DNA of 64,000 nt, taken from positions 1 to 64,000 of the IMG/VR virus record IMGVR_UViG_3300044683_000172; one strand, 5' to 3'. Every line of letters begins with the position of its first letter. Positions within the stretch are counted from its first letter, which is position 1. Of this stretch, positions 9,024 to 17,675 are shown one piece after another. This DNA comes from a virus. The notes under the pieces are model-generated. The model worked only from the letters and a program-made list of their open reading frames with translations, did not search any database and had not been told where the DNA came from. The position numbers and the translations under genes were made by a program.

Positions 9024-9263
9024 ATGACCCAGAAGCGATATGGCTGCCATAATCGGCCGCAATTGAAGACGTCCATGTTTGCGCAGGTCGGCTATCGCCA
9101 TGAGAAGCACATCTTGGATAACGGATGTGCGCGAACGGTCATGGTGCCGGTGTTCCGTCAGATCAGAACCAACTGGAAAGACGGCTGCAACTATGACCAA
9201 AAGGCAATCGATCCGCGTTGCCTTAACTGCCACCACCAGGAGAAAGACCATGCACATTCGTGA
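9024..9263 (+). CDS. hypothetical Cys/His-rich protein
   Basis: 79-aa ORF with AGAAAGGA leader. Several Cys/His residues (CHN...C...C...CLNCHH). Confidence 0.5.
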   Translation: MTQKRYGCHNRPQLKTSMFAQVGYRHEKHILDNGCARTVMVPVFRQIRTNWKDGCNYDQKAIDPRCLNCHHQEKDHAHS

Positions 9264-9909
9264 CTTCAGCGCAGCAAACAAAGCGCGCTCCGACAAGGAA
9301 TTCCCATCATGCGCCGATTGGCCGTTGGTCAATTGGATGAATGCCGCGCATGGCGAATTGGGCGAGGCGTCCAATGTTCTAAAGAAGATGCTGCGCGGCG
9401 ACTACGGCCCGAACGGCGAGCGCTCGCCCGAGTTTCTTGCGGCATTCGGCAAGGAGCTTCACGACGCTCTGGCGTACATCGATCTGGCTGCGACATGCGC
9501 CGGTCTGTCGCTGGAAACGGTGACCATCCAGAAGTGGAACGAAGTCAGCGAGCGCATCGGCTCGTCGATGCGCATCGACGCAGATGGGTTGTTCAACATC
9601 GAACAGAAGAAGCATTCCGCACCCGCTCTGGCCAGCGGATCGATCTGGCCTCGCCGTCTGAATCCGGATGAGGTGCGAATCGGTATGCTGGTGCGCTATG
9701 CCAACGGAGAAACGGCCCTGGCCAAGATCGCGTCGCCGCACGCCGGTGGATGGCACGCCCATCAATGCATGGGTGGAATGCTCTTCGTGAGCGCCAATGG
9801 GTATGGCGGCTATCTCTATGAGCCGACCCAACAGGACATCGATACGTGGAACGAGTGCAAGAAGTGGCGCACCGACTTCGGACGGCACGCCGACCCTTCT
9901 GGCGTTTAA
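9250..9909 (+). CDS. MazG-like all-alpha NTP pyrophosphohydrolase domain protein with extra C-terminal domain
   Basis: Internal ATG at 9250. WPLVNWMNAAHGELGEASNVLKKMLRGD...ELHDALAYIDLAA...KWNEVSERI fits the MazG-like pattern. Its stop overlaps the terL stop (TTAA, 9906-9909). Confidence 0.65.
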   Translation: MHIRDFSAANKARSDKEFPSCADWPLVNWMNAAHGELGEASNVLKKMLRGDYGPNGERSPEFLAAFGKELHDALAYIDLAATCAGLSLETVTIQKWNEVSERIGSSMRIDADGLFNIEQKKHSAPALASGSIWPRRLNPDEVRIGMLVRYANGETALAKIASPHAGGWHAHQCMGGMLFVSANGYGGYLYEPTQQDIDTWNECKKWRTDFGRHADPSGV

Positions 9910-11306
9910 AGATCGAAGAATCCTGCCGGGGCGCGCTTCGGCTTGATCAAGGACATGATTACGGCGTCGGCGATGTTTGGCGATTTGATTCCGCGCTTTT
10001 CTTTCATGTCCTTCTTCGATTCCACTTTGAACTTGCCCATCCCATCAATGTCCTTTCGGGGTGCGGCAAGTTCTTGGCACATCTTGTTGAGGGTCTTTTC
10101 GCCTACCATGGCGACAATCGCGTCTTTGTCGATTGAAACGAGTTCGTCAAATGGGTGATCGACACCCAAGACGACTGCTTCATAAGTCTTTCGGAACATC
10201 GATGCAACGCGATCCCACATCTGCGCCTTGATGTTCGAAAAGTGCTCTCTGTTGAGAATCTTGACGTGAGGCAATTCCATGTACACGCCGTCCGGCTCAA
10301 GAACGCTGCCGCCTGCGTTGAACGGGTTGTAGCTCAGAATGAATCCATCATTGTTCGAGTCATTCAACTCAGCAAACTTCGATCCAACGTGCGCTCCTAC
10401 GCCGATGGAGTCGAAGTTCACTTCTGCGCCATACACCTTTGCGGCATTGTAGACGCGCGTCGAAGATTTCAGAATTTCGTTCTCCAGCCCATCCCATTCT
10501 TCAACGTGATCGATGATGTTTCCGGTGCAACCGACCAAGGCATTCTTGTCGTCTCCGTCGTCTGCAACGTCGAAACCCATCACGCGCTTGCCTTCCTTTT
10601 TCCAGCCAAGCTTCTTGTGGGCGTCGATTGCGGCAAGTACATATTCAAGACTGATGACGCTCTTGTCGCCGCCAGTCTTTGGAATCCCTCCATAGACGTG
10701 TTCGGCGTTCTTCCGATCCTTGCGGTATGCGTCGGCAATGACCTTTAGCATCGTGTCGCTGAGGAATGGATTCAGTTGCCAATTGAACAGCCGCTGGATC
10801 GAGTCTTCCGGTGGATCAACAACGAAGTATTGATACACAAAGTCCATCATCTCATCTGGGTTCCAGATGATCCAAATCTGGGAGCCTTTCTTACGAATTG
10901 TCGGCTCGATGACGTTCCATTGGTCTTGTGTCAAGTAGTGAGCTTCTTCTAGCCAGAGGATATCGACGCCTTCAGTGGACTTGATTTCGCTCAGGTTACG
11001 AGCGATACCGTAGAACAGAAACGATGAGCCGGTGCGCTTGTTGACAATCGAGTTCTTCAGAATTTGGAAGTCATTGCGCCATGGGCTATCTTCGATCTTG
11101 TCTTTCAGAAGAGTGTACACCGATTCATCAATGCGGTTCTGGAACTGACGTGCGCAAAGAATCTTCAGTGTGAAGTTGGCCGCGAGATACACTGCAATGC
11201 CGGCAGCGTCGTGGGACTTGCCGGACGCACGTCCGCCATACAGGACTTTGTAGCGCTTGCGTGCGCGCCAGAAGTCCTTCAGATAAGGGTTGAGACGGTA
11301 AGCCAT
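9906..11306 (-). CDS. terL: terminase large subunit
   Basis: 466 aa. Walker A YGGRASGKSH near the N-terminus, WLEEAH Walker B-like motif and a C-terminal nuclease-type region. Resembles the PBSX-type terminase family. Confidence 0.92.
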   Translation of the reverse strand: MAYRLNPYLKDFWRARKRYKVLYGGRASGKSHDAAGIAVYLAANFTLKILCARQFQNRIDESVYTLLKDKIEDSPWRNDFQILKNSIVNKRTGSSFLFYGIARNLSEIKSTEGVDILWLEEAHYLTQDQWNVIEPTIRKKGSQIWIIWNPDEMMDFVYQYFVVDPPEDSIQRLFNWQLNPFLSDTMLKVIADAYRKDRKNAEHVYGGIPKTGGDKSVISLEYVLAAIDAHKKLGWKKEGKRVMGFDVADDGDDKNALVGCTGNIIDHVEEWDGLENEILKSSTRVYNAAKVYGAEVNFDSIGVGAHVGSKFAELNDSNNDGFILSYNPFNAGGSVLEPDGVYMELPHVKILNREHFSNIKAQMWDRVASMFRKTYEAVVLGVDHPFDELVSIDKDAIVAMVGEKTLNKMCQELAAPRKDIDGMGKFKVESKKDMKEKRGIKSPNIADAVIMSLIKPKRAPAGFFDL

Positions 11307-11511
11307 GCAGTGTCCTCAGATGTCATACGGCCACTATTGTATGGACTGAGGTTCACCAAAGATACGTCGCACGCAATCGAATATCAGAATTCCCGACCAA
11401 ATCATAGGGATATCACAAATATGTTGCCTGCTCGTCAGAAATGGAGCAATATTCACTCATGCGATGAACGTTGTCAATCAAACGGACTACGCAGAAGTTG
11501 AAGAAATTTCT

Positions 11512-11539
11512 TTGACTTGTTTGTTCGGTGCCCTATAAT
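11512..11539 (+). promoter_or_regulatory. sigma70-type promoter TTGACT-N16-TATAAT
   Basis: Near-consensus hexamers 50 nt upstream of the 11589 ATG. A CCGCTG-GGATG-CAGCGG hairpin follows immediately downstream. Confidence 0.6.
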
Positions 11540-11588
11540 CACTCTACCGCTGGGATGCAGCGGCAACCTAGAAAGACGAGAATTGATC

Positions 11589-12287
11589 ATGAAAACCATT
11601 GCTGATATCAAGGCTGCGACCACTTCGGAACTGGTTGCGTTCTGGAACGAGCACGCAGAATCTCAGATCAAGAAGTTTTCCGATCGAAAGACCGCCGAGG
11701 CCCGCTGCATCAAGCTTCTCGAAGGTCTGATTGCTACCGGCGACATCGACGCTGGCAGCGAAAAGAAGACGGAAGACGAAGACCTGAAGGCCGCTGCTGA
11801 ATCGGCGACGAAGGCCGCCAAGGCAGCTGAAGCAGCAGCCGAATCCGCCAAGGCAGCAGCGAAAACGGTCGAAACCGTGGTCAAGCACCACGAAGAAATC
11901 GAAAAGCGCGATGCGGTCGGCGCGTCCTGGCTCCGCGAAGCCGAGGCGGCCGCGAACGCCAAGAAAGCCCAAGGCGGAACGCCCAAGGAAGTGTCCGAAG
12001 CGGCGCAAAAGGCTTCCCTGGCCCATCGGTCGGCCTCGAACGCCGCTGGCGTAGCGGCCAGCTGGCACGATCCAGAAGTGCGGGCGGCCCGCCAAAAGCG
12101 CGACGGCGTTACGGTGGAGGTTGACGGAAAGAAGACTTCGCATAAGAGTACGCGAGACGCCTTCCGCCACTATCGCCTGCCGGACTCGAAGCACATTCGC
12201 TTCCGCATGCGCCTGAAGGAGTCGCGCTCGGAAGTCTTCGAGCACAACGGCAAGAAGTACAAATTCACGATGGGGTCGGACGAGTAA
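11589..12287 (+). CDS. hypothetical Ala/Lys/Glu-rich protein
   Basis: Internal ATG (MKTIADIKAAT...) of ORF 11517..12287, downstream of the strong promoter. Confidence 0.65.
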   Translation: MKTIADIKAATTSELVAFWNEHAESQIKKFSDRKTAEARCIKLLEGLIATGDIDAGSEKKTEDEDLKAAAESATKAAKAAEAAAESAKAAAKTVETVVKHHEEIEKRDAVGASWLREAEAAANAKKAQGGTPKEVSEAAQKASLAHRSASNAAGVAASWHDPEVRAARQKRDGVTVEVDGKKTSHKSTRDAFRHYRLPDSKHIRFRMRLKESRSEVFEHNGKKYKFTMGSDE

Positions 12288-12314
12288 GAACAAGAGCGGG
12301 GAGAAGTCGGCTTG

Positions 12315-12343
12315 TGGGCGGTCCGAGGGTCGCCCATCTTTTT
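12315..12343 (+). terminator. rho-independent terminator
   Basis: TGGGCG-N10-CGCCCA followed by TCTTTTT. Confidence 0.55.
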
Positions 12344-12364
12344 GAATTCAACCGGACACAAGAT

Positions 12365-12505
12365 ATGCCGAACAATCGAAAGTTTGACCGTCGCGCTGCC
12401 AATCGGGATCGCTTCGAAGATCGTGGCCGAAAGGCGAAGGCTTATTCGCGGACCGAACGCCGCGACTCGAAGCGTGCTGCTCGAAATTGGGCGCTGGAGG
12501 GTTGA
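12365..12505 (+). CDS. small basic hypothetical protein
   Basis: 46 aa (MPNNRKFDRRAANRDRFEDRGRKAK...). Its stop overlaps the next start. Confidence 0.4.
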   Translation: MPNNRKFDRRAANRDRFEDRGRKAKAYSRTERRDSKRAARNWALEG

Positions 12506-12507
12506 TC

Positions 12508-12807
12508 ATGAACTATATCAAGCGCCAGTTCTGGGAAGAAGTCCGTCAACTCGCCACATTCTTTGTTACGCAGTGGTTTGAGCCGACGGAACCGCCCGTG
12601 CACATCGGATGGTATGAGACGGTGGCCATTCTGGATGAGAGTCGCCCGGCTCCTGCCGATACAGACGATGGATATATGGCCTTCTGGGACGGCAACGAAT
12701 GGAAAATCTTCGACCGCCAGGAATGGTTTGACGGTGATCGTTGGCACAAGGCTCGAATCGTTACCGCAAGGCACCAAACGCGATACTGGCGAGGCCATCA
12801 CAAATGA
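12508..12807 (+). CDS. hypothetical protein
   Basis: ATG at 12508 with GGAGGG SD. Trp-rich (YMAFWDGNEWKIFDRQEWFDGDRWHK). Confidence 0.55.
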   Translation: MNYIKRQFWEEVRQLATFFVTQWFEPTEPPVHIGWYETVAILDESRPAPADTDDGYMAFWDGNEWKIFDRQEWFDGDRWHKARIVTARHQTRYWRGHHK

Positions 12808-13016
12808 TCGAAGACCTGCAATTCAGCATGTTTCTGAACGTCGTCGAAGACACGCTGAAGCGCAATCGTTGCAAGGCCGATTTGAACGCTCTTGAGATCG
12901 GCCTTGCTCGAAAGGCGTACGCCAATGGTGAACCCGCATATATTGCGGCTTCGGTTATCGTCTCATATCGCCTTCACGAATTCCGTAAGATGCCTACATC
13001 GCCAACCATTCACTAG
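12804..13016 (+). CDS. hypothetical protein
   Basis: ATGA overlap with the upstream stop. 70 aa. Confidence 0.5.
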   Translation: MIEDLQFSMFLNVVEDTLKRNRCKADLNALEIGLARKAYANGEPAYIAASVIVSYRLHEFRKMPTSPTIH

Positions 13017-13025
13017 GAGAACAAG

Positions 13026-13247
13026 ATGAATTTCATGCCAACCCAAATCACCATCGCCGTCCGCACGCTGTCTGGCCGGATGTACCCTCCCATCTTGGAC
13101 GGGATCGCGTGCGAGCCGATTCGCGTTGCTTGCCGTCACCTTCGTGATGAGCGCGCCATCGCCGACGGCGAATTCACCAGGCTGAAGAAGTCTTTGGTGC
13201 TGTTTGACGAAGCAGTCAAGCAAAAGAATAAGTCGAAGGTTCACTGA
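13026..13247 (+). CDS. hypothetical protein
   Basis: 73-aa ORF, GGAG SD. Confidence 0.5.
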   Translation: MNFMPTQITIAVRTLSGRMYPPILDGIACEPIRVACRHLRDERAIADGEFTRLKKSLVLFDEAVKQKNKSKVH

Positions 13248-13582
13248 TGTTCGACCATATCATCCACGAACATCCGGACGACCGCGCACGGAGAATCGCC
13301 GCGAGTCTGGCGAGCAATCCGATCTTCAACCGACTGAATGGAGCACAACGGCCCATGTCCGAACTTCTTCCTTTCCTGAAGGACGTCACGCGTGCAGAAA
13401 AGGCGAGCGCCCAGGCCGTCTCAGAGGCCGTCGAAAACCTGGACGCGGTCCTGTTCACCGGTGACCTGTTTTTCGATGCGGAGCGCGTGAGCCAGCTGGA
13501 GAATCTTCTGAACCGCTGGCGGAATCAGGCCGTCATCTGTCGCAGAATCGCCAGCGATATCGCGGCCGGAGACGGCCAATGA
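13247..13582 (+). CDS. hypothetical protein
   Basis: 111 aa. Start overlaps the upstream stop (TGATG). Confidence 0.55.
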   Translation: MFDHIIHEHPDDRARRIAASLASNPIFNRLNGAQRPMSELLPFLKDVTRAEKASAQAVSEAVENLDAVLFTGDLFFDAERVSQLENLLNRWRNQAVICRRIASDIAAGDGQ

Positions 13583-13914
13583 CCTTTTACTACACAGGAC
13601 GCGATCCTGTGGCAGACCTGCTCAAGATGTTCGAAGGGACGACGAAAGTTCAGGATGTCGTCGCCATCGGATGGCTGGATTTGACAGGTCGCCAGATCGG
13701 ATACGGCCGCGCTCAGCAGATTCTCAGTCTTCTGAACAAGAACATGGGCATCAACTCGTCCGGACCGATGGAAGCGACGGCAATCGACAGCCTACGGACC
13801 ATCGGGAACCAGATCGGCCACCAAAAGGCGCAGCGAATCCTGCAACTGCTGTGGGCGGACTATCTCAGAAAATGCGGCCATCCAATGGAAGGCGCGTTGA
13901 GTGGAGACCTTTGA
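13579..13914 (+). CDS. hypothetical protein with duplicated helix-hairpin-helix-like motif
   Basis: ATGA overlap. Internal duplication GRQIGYGRAQQILSLL / GNQIGHQKAQRILQLL. Confidence 0.55.
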   Translation: MTFYYTGRDPVADLLKMFEGTTKVQDVVAIGWLDLTGRQIGYGRAQQILSLLNKNMGINSSGPMEATAIDSLRTIGNQIGHQKAQRILQLLWADYLRKCGHPMEGALSGDL

Positions 13915-14016
13915 CACGTCCAACTCCTTCGCAAAATGATCATCCGCATCCTGGCAGCATCCGTTATCCTTGCTTTCTTCCTCTTTTGCTCGCCAATCTT
14001 GGCGTAAGGAGTCGTC

Positions 14017-14229
14017 TTGAAAATCTTTCTCAAGTTGGCGTTGATTCTCGCCATGGTGATGCTGATCTCCTTCATGTTGGGAGTCGTCTCGCCGATCCTT
14101 ATCAACTCCGATTCGTGGATCGGCATTGCCGTGCTGCCATTCGTGTGGTTGGCCGTAATCGGCGCCAACATCGTCGTGATCAAGCTTACTTTCTTCTCAA
14201 CCCTCCAACAACAAAAGGAGAACAAATGA
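14017..14229 (+). CDS. small integral membrane protein
   Basis: 70 aa, TTG start after a TAAGGAG SD. Two to three hydrophobic spans. Overlaps the SPFH gene start. Confidence 0.5.
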   Translation: MKIFLKLALILAMVMLISFMLGVVSPILINSDSWIGIAVLPFVWLAVIGANIVVIKLTFFSTLQQQKENK

Positions 14230-15050
14230 AACGATTCCGTTCGCTCATCCTCGCGGCCTTCATCGGCTGCATGTCGCTTCTCGCTGGCTGCGACAACGTT
14301 CCGGCAGGCCACGTCGGCATCCAGGTCTCGCGCTACGGCGGCGACCGAGGCGTCAACATCGACGTGAAACAGCCGGGCCGATATTTCAACGGCTGGAACG
14401 TGGACATGTTCCTGTTCCCCACGTTCACCCAATCGCATGTCTGGGACAAGGCCGGTTCCGATGAATCGTTCACGTTCCAAACGGTCGAAGGCCTGAGCGT
14501 CAACACCGATGTCGGGATCAGCTATACCATCGCGCCCGAGAATGCTGCGAAGGTCTTCCAGAAATATCGGCGAGGTGTCGATGAGATCACGGCCGTGTAC
14601 CTTCGTGCCATGGTCCGCGATACGCTCAACCTTGCCGGCGCCCGTATGGCAATCGAAGACGTGTACGGCAAGGGCAAAGCTGATCTTCAGAAGAGCGTGG
14701 AAGACGACGTGAAGAAGCAAGCCGCGAGCGTCGGCATCACGGTCGAATCCGTGTACTTCGTGAATGAGATGCGATTGCCGCCTTCCGTCGTGAACTCGAT
14801 CAACGCGAAGATCGCCGCGACGCAAGTTGCCCAGCAGAAGGAAAACGAGCTACGCGCAGCCGAGGCGGATGCGGCCAAGGCGATTGCCCAGGCCAAGGGC
14901 GAAGCCGAAGCGACACGAATCCGTGGCGAGGCGCTACGATCCAGCCCGCAGGCGCTCCAGCAGTTGGCAATCGAGCGCTGGGACGGCAAGTTGCCTCAGT
15001 ACATCGGCGCCGGTCAGCCGGTCCCGTTTGTCGGCGCGACGGTGAAGTGA
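14226..15050 (+). CDS. SPFH/band-7 (prohibitin-like) domain lipoprotein
   Basis: ATG at 14226 after AAAGGAG. Lipobox MKRFRSLILAAFIGCMSLLAGC. Body and coiled-coil tail fit the SPFH family. The upstream in-frame extension (13671-) is rejected. Confidence 0.8.
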   Translation: MKRFRSLILAAFIGCMSLLAGCDNVPAGHVGIQVSRYGGDRGVNIDVKQPGRYFNGWNVDMFLFPTFTQSHVWDKAGSDESFTFQTVEGLSVNTDVGISYTIAPENAAKVFQKYRRGVDEITAVYLRAMVRDTLNLAGARMAIEDVYGKGKADLQKSVEDDVKKQAASVGITVESVYFVNEMRLPPSVVNSINAKIAATQVAQQKENELRAAEADAAKAIAQAKGEAEATRIRGEALRSSPQALQQLAIERWDGKLPQYIGAGQPVPFVGATVK

Positions 15051-15277
15051 TGGCCAAGATGATGTTGGACGGCGAGCGCCGTGTGATCAAACGCATCGGA
15101 TGCGATATCGACCAGGGCGGCCTGTCCATGGATGTCGTGGCGATTCGGATTGACAGCGAAACTCCATATGTCGCTCTGAAGCACGGCAACCAGGAGTTCG
15201 TCTTCACCGACTCTGAGGCATCCGAACTCGCCGCGCGGATCAAGAAGGCTTTGGCGATCCTTCCATCCAGCAAATAG
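15050..15277 (+). CDS. hypothetical protein
   Basis: ATG at 15050 (GTG at 15047 also possible) overlapping the SPFH stop. 75 aa. Confidence 0.5.
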   Translation: MAKMMLDGERRVIKRIGCDIDQGGLSMDVVAIRIDSETPYVALKHGNQEFVFTDSEASELAARIKKALAILPSSK

Positions 15278-15310
15278 CCCTTCACTTCAGTCGGATTTCT
15301 GATAGTTGTT

Positions 15311-15343
15311 GCCCGCGCCTCAAAACGCGGGCATAATTCTTTC
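15311..15343 (+). terminator. hairpin terminator immediately followed by an ATAAT box
   Basis: GCCCGCG-N8-CGCGGGC then ATAATTCTTTC. Confidence 0.5.
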
Positions 15344-15376
15344 TACGGTGATTGACCGTGCTAACCGAGAACTGAA

Positions 15377-15706
15377 ATGAACGCCAACCAAATTCTGCGT
15401 GGATTCCAAGCCCTCAACCAATCGGTACTCGGAGATAAGGTTACGGGCGACATTTTTGCTGATTGGGCAGCGGCGAGCGACGAACTCAAACGCGCGGCAA
15501 CGGAAGAGAAGAAGCGCCAGGACGCTCACGATCAATCGGAATTCGCCAAGGATGTGGCCGATGCTCAATACTACAAATCCGAAGACTTCCGACGGGACGT
15601 CATCGAAGCCCTTGTTGAAGAAGGCTGCACGGAACTTCAGGCCAACGGACGTACGCGCGATCAGTTCCACCTCTTCAAAGAGGCCCAACGGCTCGGTTTG
15701 ATGTGA
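15377..15706 (+). CDS. hypothetical acidic protein
   Basis: 109-aa ORF with ATG. Confidence 0.55.
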   Translation: MNANQILRGFQALNQSVLGDKVTGDIFADWAAASDELKRAATEEKKRQDAHDQSEFAKDVADAQYYKSEDFRRDVIEALVEEGCTELQANGRTRDQFHLFKEAQRLGLM

Positions 15707-15724
15707 ATATTTTTGATATTCTGC

Positions 15725-15753
15725 TTGCCGACTCTCAAAAATACATGCATAAT
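15725..15753 (+). promoter_or_regulatory. sigma70-type promoter TTGCCG-N17-CATAAT
   Basis: Hexamers with 17-nt spacing, 34 nt upstream of the small ORF at 15787. Confidence 0.45.
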
Positions 15754-15786
15754 CTCTTTACTGACTAACGCAACTAAGCGAACGAA

Positions 15787-15936
15787 ATGGGCAAGAAAGC
15801 AACTATCGAATGGGCGAAGAAGAATGGCGTTTCGCGCGTCTATCGCCACCGCGACGGTATTGGTCGCGTGTCGTTCTTTGCTACCAACGACGTTCGCGAA
15901 GAGTCGGCCTTCATCACCCTTGTTTGGAGCGCTTAA
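15787..15936 (+). CDS. small hypothetical protein (49 aa)
   Basis: Below the ORF-track size cut-off. MGKKATIEWAKKNGVSRVYRHRDG... Stop lies 2 nt before the next ATG. Confidence 0.4.
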   Translation: MGKKATIEWAKKNGVSRVYRHRDGIGRVSFFATNDVREESAFITLVWSA

Positions 15937-15938
15937 TC

Positions 15939-16142
15939 ATGATCCACATCGAATTTCAAGACGAAGACGGCGGCCAAGTCATCGCGTTCGCCGAGACGGA
16001 AGAGGAAGCCGTACGGATCGCGTGCGGCGCTCTGAAGTGCAACTCCGGCCCGCTCAGTCGCGCGCCTTGCAAACTGTTCTCCGTTCTCGCTGCGCGAGTG
16101 GACGATGCGTATGGCGGAGAAGCCGGTGTGGTGATGTACTAA
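15939..16142 (+). CDS. hypothetical protein
   Basis: Internal ATG (MIHIEFQDEDGGQVIAFAETEEEAV...) of ORF 15810..16142. Confidence 0.45.
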   Translation: MIHIEFQDEDGGQVIAFAETEEEAVRIACGALKCNSGPLSRAPCKLFSVLAARVDDAYGGEAGVVMY

Positions 16143-16155
16143 GTCTGAGAATATC

Positions 16156-16296
16156 ATGCTCACGTTCAAACTCAACGGCTATACTTACCGGACGAATGCC
16201 GACGCATCGACAGTGGAATATCTTCACGATGGCGTTTGGATTCGCACGACCTCTTTCCGCGTTATCTCAGCCGCCAGAACGGCGCTGGGTCTTTAA
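16156..16296 (+). CDS. small hypothetical protein (46 aa)
   Basis: ATG at 16156, TAA at 16294. MLTFKLNGYTYRTNADASTVEYLHDGVWIRTT... Confidence 0.35.
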   Translation: MLTFKLNGYTYRTNADASTVEYLHDGVWIRTTSFRVISAARTALGL

Positions 16297-16311
16297 CTCA
16301 GGAGATTTAAC

Positions 16312-16560
16312 ATGACTATTTCTGTCCGTCCTTCCCGCGCGAAGCCGCGAAACATGCTGGAGCAGATGTCGCCTATCGCCGTGCAGGCTGTCGCCGCCCT
16401 TCTCGGCTTTCACCACAACCTTCCGCAGGACCACATGGTTGGTCTGCGGAATCGCCTCAGCAACCTTCCGCCGTTGCTGGAAAAGGAAGGCGGCCACACC
16501 ATCGGCGACTACATGAGCGCTTATATCAAGTGCCTTGTGGTTGAATTCGAAGTCTATTGA
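16312..16560 (+). CDS. hypothetical protein
   Basis: 82-aa ORF, GGAG SD. Confidence 0.5.
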   Translation: MTISVRPSRAKPRNMLEQMSPIAVQAVAALLGFHHNLPQDHMVGLRNRLSNLPPLLEKEGGHTIGDYMSAYIKCLVVEFEVY

Positions 16561-16572
16561 CTAGGTCGGCCA

Positions 16573-16842
16573 ATGAAAATCCTGGTCAAAATCCGAGCCA
16601 ACATCGGAGACGGCATCGAGCGCAACTGGATCGATTGTCCTTGGGCCGATTCTCTTCAGTCTGCGTGGCCGGTCCTGTCTGCACTTGCATCAGCGCACGG
16701 TTTCATTCTCGATGAGATCGTGGACGAGAGCGGCAGATTTTTCTACGGCCGCAATGATGAATACAAGGCGTCTGTCTTACAGATGCGGATGCTGACGAGA
16801 CTTTCACGAAGGTCGAGTTGCGCGCAATATTTGGATTTGTGA
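16573..16842 (+). CDS. hypothetical protein
   Basis: 89-aa ORF. Confidence 0.5.
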   Translation: MKILVKIRANIGDGIERNWIDCPWADSLQSAWPVLSALASAHGFILDEIVDESGRFFYGRNDEYKASVLQMRMLTRLSRRSSCAQYLDL

Positions 16843-16847
16843 CACAA

Positions 16848-16955
16848 ATGACCATGCACTACACACGAATTCGCGGCGACTACTTCTGCAAACGTTGCGG
16901 CTATCTCAATCCTGCGTTTCTGAACGCGTGCTGGGTTTGCGGAACGAAGTCCTGA
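16848..16955 (+). CDS. small zinc-ribbon protein (35 aa)
   Basis: MTMHYTRIRGDYFCKRCGYLNPAFLNACWVCGTKS with CxxC-N12-CxxC. Stop overlaps the next ATG (TGATG). Confidence 0.45.
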   Translation: MTMHYTRIRGDYFCKRCGYLNPAFLNACWVCGTKS

Positions 16956-17146
16956 TGCCGTACATCTTCATCACAAGCCGCGATCCGCGCAGCGGCCGTA
17001 CTAACATCAAGTTTGTCCATCGTCGTCGCGCAGGCGCTTTGGGCCGTGGACCAGACACTGTCCTTCGTGAAGCAATTGGATTGACTGAACCTCAGTTGAT
17101 TCAGTTTCGCGATAAGATCAAGCGGGACTTTTCTTTGAAGGAGTGA
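16955..17146 (+). CDS. hypothetical protein
   Basis: Internal ATG (MPYIFITSRDPRSG...) of ORF 16895..17146. Confidence 0.45.
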   Translation: MPYIFITSRDPRSGRTNIKFVHRRRAGALGRGPDTVLREAIGLTEPQLIQFRDKIKRDFSLKE

Positions 17147-17149
17147 TCC

Positions 17150-17425
17150 ATGAACAACTGGATGATCGTTCTGCCGAATCCCAATGGCAATCACTCGGCC
17201 GCATTTGGCTCGACGCGCGAAGAGGCAGCCGCGAATCTCGTCGATCTCTATAAACGGAACAGGCGCGTTCTGGCCTCTGAGATCGCAGTGAATGGGCAAT
17301 ATCTCGGCGTCGAAGTCTTTCGAATCTCGGATGATCCATGCATCGAGAGCGTCATCACCAGCGGCGTGCGCGAAAACCTGTTTGATATCATGAAGACGAT
17401 CAATGGAACATCAAGCCTCAAGTGA
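17150..17425 (+). CDS. hypothetical protein
   Basis: 91-aa ORF, GGAG SD. Confidence 0.5.
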   Translation: MNNWMIVLPNPNGNHSAAFGSTREEAAANLVDLYKRNRRVLASEIAVNGQYLGVEVFRISDDPCIESVITSGVRENLFDIMKTINGTSSLK

Positions 17426-17675
17426 CGCTCTTCGTGAGCGCATCGACGAGTTTAACAGGAATCTCGTCCCAAAGATGATGCAGTCATTCATCCGCGAAAC
17501 ACGTCTTATGAAGAAGCCGAGCATTCGTCGTGTTCAGCTCAAACAGGGTAAGGATGCAGGCAAGTGGATCTGGGGCGCAAAGATCAGTGTTATTCACACG
17601 CCTGTGGAATTGGAACGGGCGGCGCTGGCCTTTTGCGATGAACTCAACCGGAAGGAATCCCAACATGGAACCTGA
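17403..17675 (+). CDS. hypothetical protein
   Basis: 90-aa ORF overlapping the previous gene by 23 nt. Confidence 0.45.
   Translation: MEHQASSDALRERIDEFNRNLVPKMMQSFIRETRLMKKPSIRRVQLKQGKDAGKWIWGAKISVIHTPVELERAALAFCDELNRKESQHGT

Noticed and set aside
13671-14225. Long N-terminal extension of the SPFH ORF (ORF track 13671..15050, 459 aa).
   Set aside because: The extension overlaps two better ORFs (13579..13914 and 14017..14229) and translates to Arg/Pro-rich junk. A strong SD plus a lipoprotein signal start at 14226.
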